Position numbers and translations under genes: made by a program. From Methanocella sp. (GTDB taxonomy: Archaea > Thermoproteota > Bathyarchaeia > Bathyarchaeales > Bathycorpusculaceae), in NCBI GenBank assembly GCA_050261115.1, contig JBLNCY010000066.1:1-28759 (forward strand): a stretch of DNA of 28,759 nucleotides, given 5' to 3'. This document shows positions 26,935-28,759 of the stretch, piece by piece. The notes beneath the pieces were generated by a model. That model ran no database searches. It was not told where the DNA came from and saw nothing but the letters and a program-made list of their open reading frames with translations. How positions within the stretch are numbered: the first letter of the stretch is position 1; every line of letters begins with the position of its first letter.

Positions 26935-28326
26935 GTGAATTACTTGTTCAAGAAAACAAAGATCATCTGTACCGTTGGACCCGCAAGCCTCCAAAAAGAC
27001 ATCATCAGAAGAATGTATCAGCTGGGCATGAACGGAGCCCGAATCAACACCGCATATGGCGGCATCTCACAATACCTATCCACAATCGAAACTGTACGAG
27101 AGGTCGCTGAAATCCCAATTATCCTTGACCTCAAAGGCCCCGAAGTCAGACTACGCGCCACACAACCAAAAAACATCAACCCCAACGACGTGTTTGACGT
27201 GGGTTTCAAAACTGGCGACATATGCTTTAATCACAACTTCTACGACCAGATGGACATCGGAGACATAATCCTCATCGACAACGGCAAACTCCGAACCAAA
27301 ATCATAGAGAAAAGCAACCAAAAACTAAGCCTACAAGCCCTAACAGGAGGCAAAATAGAGGACGGCAAAGGCGTCAACATCCCAAACAAGCATCTCCCCC
27401 TCTCAACCCTCTCCAAAAAAGACATAGAACTAATAGAGCTCGCAAAAAAACACGACATCGAATACATCGCACTCTCGTACACTAGGTGCGCTGCTGATGT
27501 GGAAGAGCTCTCTGTGGGTAAAAACTTCCAAGGCGGCATAATCGCTAAAATCGAAAACAACGAAGGCGTCAAAAATTCCGCTGAAATCCTAGAAGCCGCC
27601 AACGGAATTATGGTTGCCCGCGGCGACCTAGGCATCGAGATCGAACCCGAAAAAGTTCCGCTGGTCCAGAAATCACTCATAAAACAGTGCAACCAACGCG
27701 GCAAGCTGGTGATAACTGCTACTGAGATGTTGGAGTCGATGATTTCTCAGCCAAGCCCAACCCGTGCTGAGGTTAGCGATGTTGCTAATGCGATTCTTGA
27801 TGGGTCCGATGCTATTATGCTTTCAGGAGAAACAGCTGTGGGCAAATATCCTGTTGAAGCTGTTGATATGATGGCGCGGATTGCACATGAGACTGAATCG
27901 GCGGTTAAGAGCAAGGTTGAAGCCACGCACTTCATCAATATCTCTGACACAGTAAGTAAGGCAATTCAGGAAATTTGCCAAAGCATGCCCCTTAGCAAAG
28001 TCGTTGCCTTAACGCGGACTGGCTACACGGCTCGTATGATTGCCCGCTTCAAGCTGACTCAGCCCATCTATGTGGTTACTCCTGATTTGGAGGTGAAGAA
28101 GCAGCTTGAGTTGGTGTTTGGCGTCAAACCGATCTTTATCGATTATCTTGGGGAGAAGGATATGGTTGCTGCTGTTGCTCGGCGGCTGTGTGAGCTTGGG
28201 GTGATTGATTCTAAGGAGACGGTTCTCTTTACGGCTGGCAAGCGCACTAATGTAAAGCATGCTAGTAACACTATTGAGATTCACAAGATTGATGAGCTTC
28301 TGAGCTTTTCTTCCCCTCATCCTTAG
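26935..28326 (+). CDS. pyk: Pyruvate kinase
   Basis: KTKIICTVGPAS, LDLKGPEVR, IIAKIE, IMVARGDLGIE, ATEMLESM, PTRAEVSDVANAILDG and MLSGETA. Confidence 0.98.
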   Translation: MNYLFKKTKIICTVGPASLQKDIIRRMYQLGMNGARINTAYGGISQYLSTIETVREVAEIPIILDLKGPEVRLRATQPKNINPNDVFDVGFKTGDICFNHNFYDQMDIGDIILIDNGKLRTKIIEKSNQKLSLQALTGGKIEDGKGVNIPNKHLPLSTLSKKDIELIELAKKHDIEYIALSYTRCAADVEELSVGKNFQGGIIAKIENNEGVKNSAEILEAANGIMVARGDLGIEIEPEKVPLVQKSLIKQCNQRGKLVITATEMLESMISQPSPTRAEVSDVANAILDGSDAIMLSGETAVGKYPVEAVDMMARIAHETESAVKSKVEATHFINISDTVSKAIQEICQSMPLSKVVALTRTGYTARMIARFKLTQPIYVVTPDLEVKKQLELVFGVKPIFIDYLGEKDMVAAVARRLCELGVIDSKETVLFTAGKRTNVKHASNTIEIHKIDELLSFSSPHP

Positions 28327-28400
28327 GGCTCTATTTAGTTGGGGCTGTTTTGTTGGTTTAGGGGCTGGTTGAGAAAACGCGAAAGCTATCGCGCGTTAGC

Positions 28401-28442
28401 TTTATATGGTGTGCTGCGTAATTAAGCTAACAGATGTTAGCT
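28401..28442 (+). promoter_or_regulatory. TATA box and palindromic operator of the TetR gene
   Basis: TTTATAT at 28401-28407; AGCTAACA-GA-TGTTAGCT at 28425-28442. Confidence 0.8.
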
Positions 28443-28455
28443 AAGTGATGCGGCC

Positions 28456-28759
28456 ATGACAATGAAAAGAAAAACCGGAAGACCACCCAAAATCCCCGGC
28501 CAACAACAGACAACCGAAAAAATATTCGAAGCAGCAATCGACCTCTTCGCACAAAAAGGCTACAGCAACATCTCAATACGCGACATAGCCAAAACAGTAG
28601 GCATCAAAGAAAGCTCCATCTACAAACACTACAAAAGCAAAGAAGAAATCCTCCAAAAAATCATCCAATACCCCCTAGCAAAAATGTACACCATATCAAC
28701 CCGCCCAGAAACCACTGAACAACTCATCGCAACAAGAGGCGTCGACGGATTCTTAGCCG
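28456..28759 (+). CDS. TetR/AcrR-family transcriptional regulator (truncated by window end)
   Basis: Manual translation [66 protein letters not shown]. Confidence 0.95.
   Translation, partial: MTMKRKTGRPPKIPGQQQTTEKIFEAAIDLFAQKGYSNISIRDIAKTVGIKESSIYKHYKSKEEILQKIIQYPLAKMYTISTRPETTEQLIATRGVDGFLA

Noticed and set aside
206-28320. Numerous 60-155 aa ORFs antisense to or nested in the long genes
   Set aside because: Shadow ORFs of well-supported CDSs, with no independent motifs.

Overview
Archaeal chromosomal window, most likely Bathyarchaeia-like. This is inferred from TATA-type promoters, frequent TTG/GTG starts with GGTGA/GGAGG ribosome-binding sites, T-tract terminators, a crenarchaeal-type OB-fold SSB and a PEF-type sorting signal. 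Recognisable genes are a creatininase-family hydrolase, a GltD/SudA-like oxidoreductase, a paaK-iorA-iorB-paaI cluster, an RNase J-like beta-CASP hydrolase, pyruvate kinase and a truncated TetR gene with a clear operator. The best candidate for an undescribed system is the coupled operon at 113-4382: a RapA/YqhH-type SNF2 ATPase, a YqhG-like multi-zinc-finger protein and an Mrr-fold protein with a degenerate active site. Other highlights are an IorA with a four-cluster ferredoxin inserted in its TPP domain, an RNase H-like/CxxC-x17-CxxC fusion, five microproteins missed by the ORF track, two frameshifted genes, and alternating AC-rich/GT-rich blocks inside genes. No tRNA, rRNA, CRISPR array, integrase or transposase was recognised. 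All family calls come from motif recognition, not database searches.
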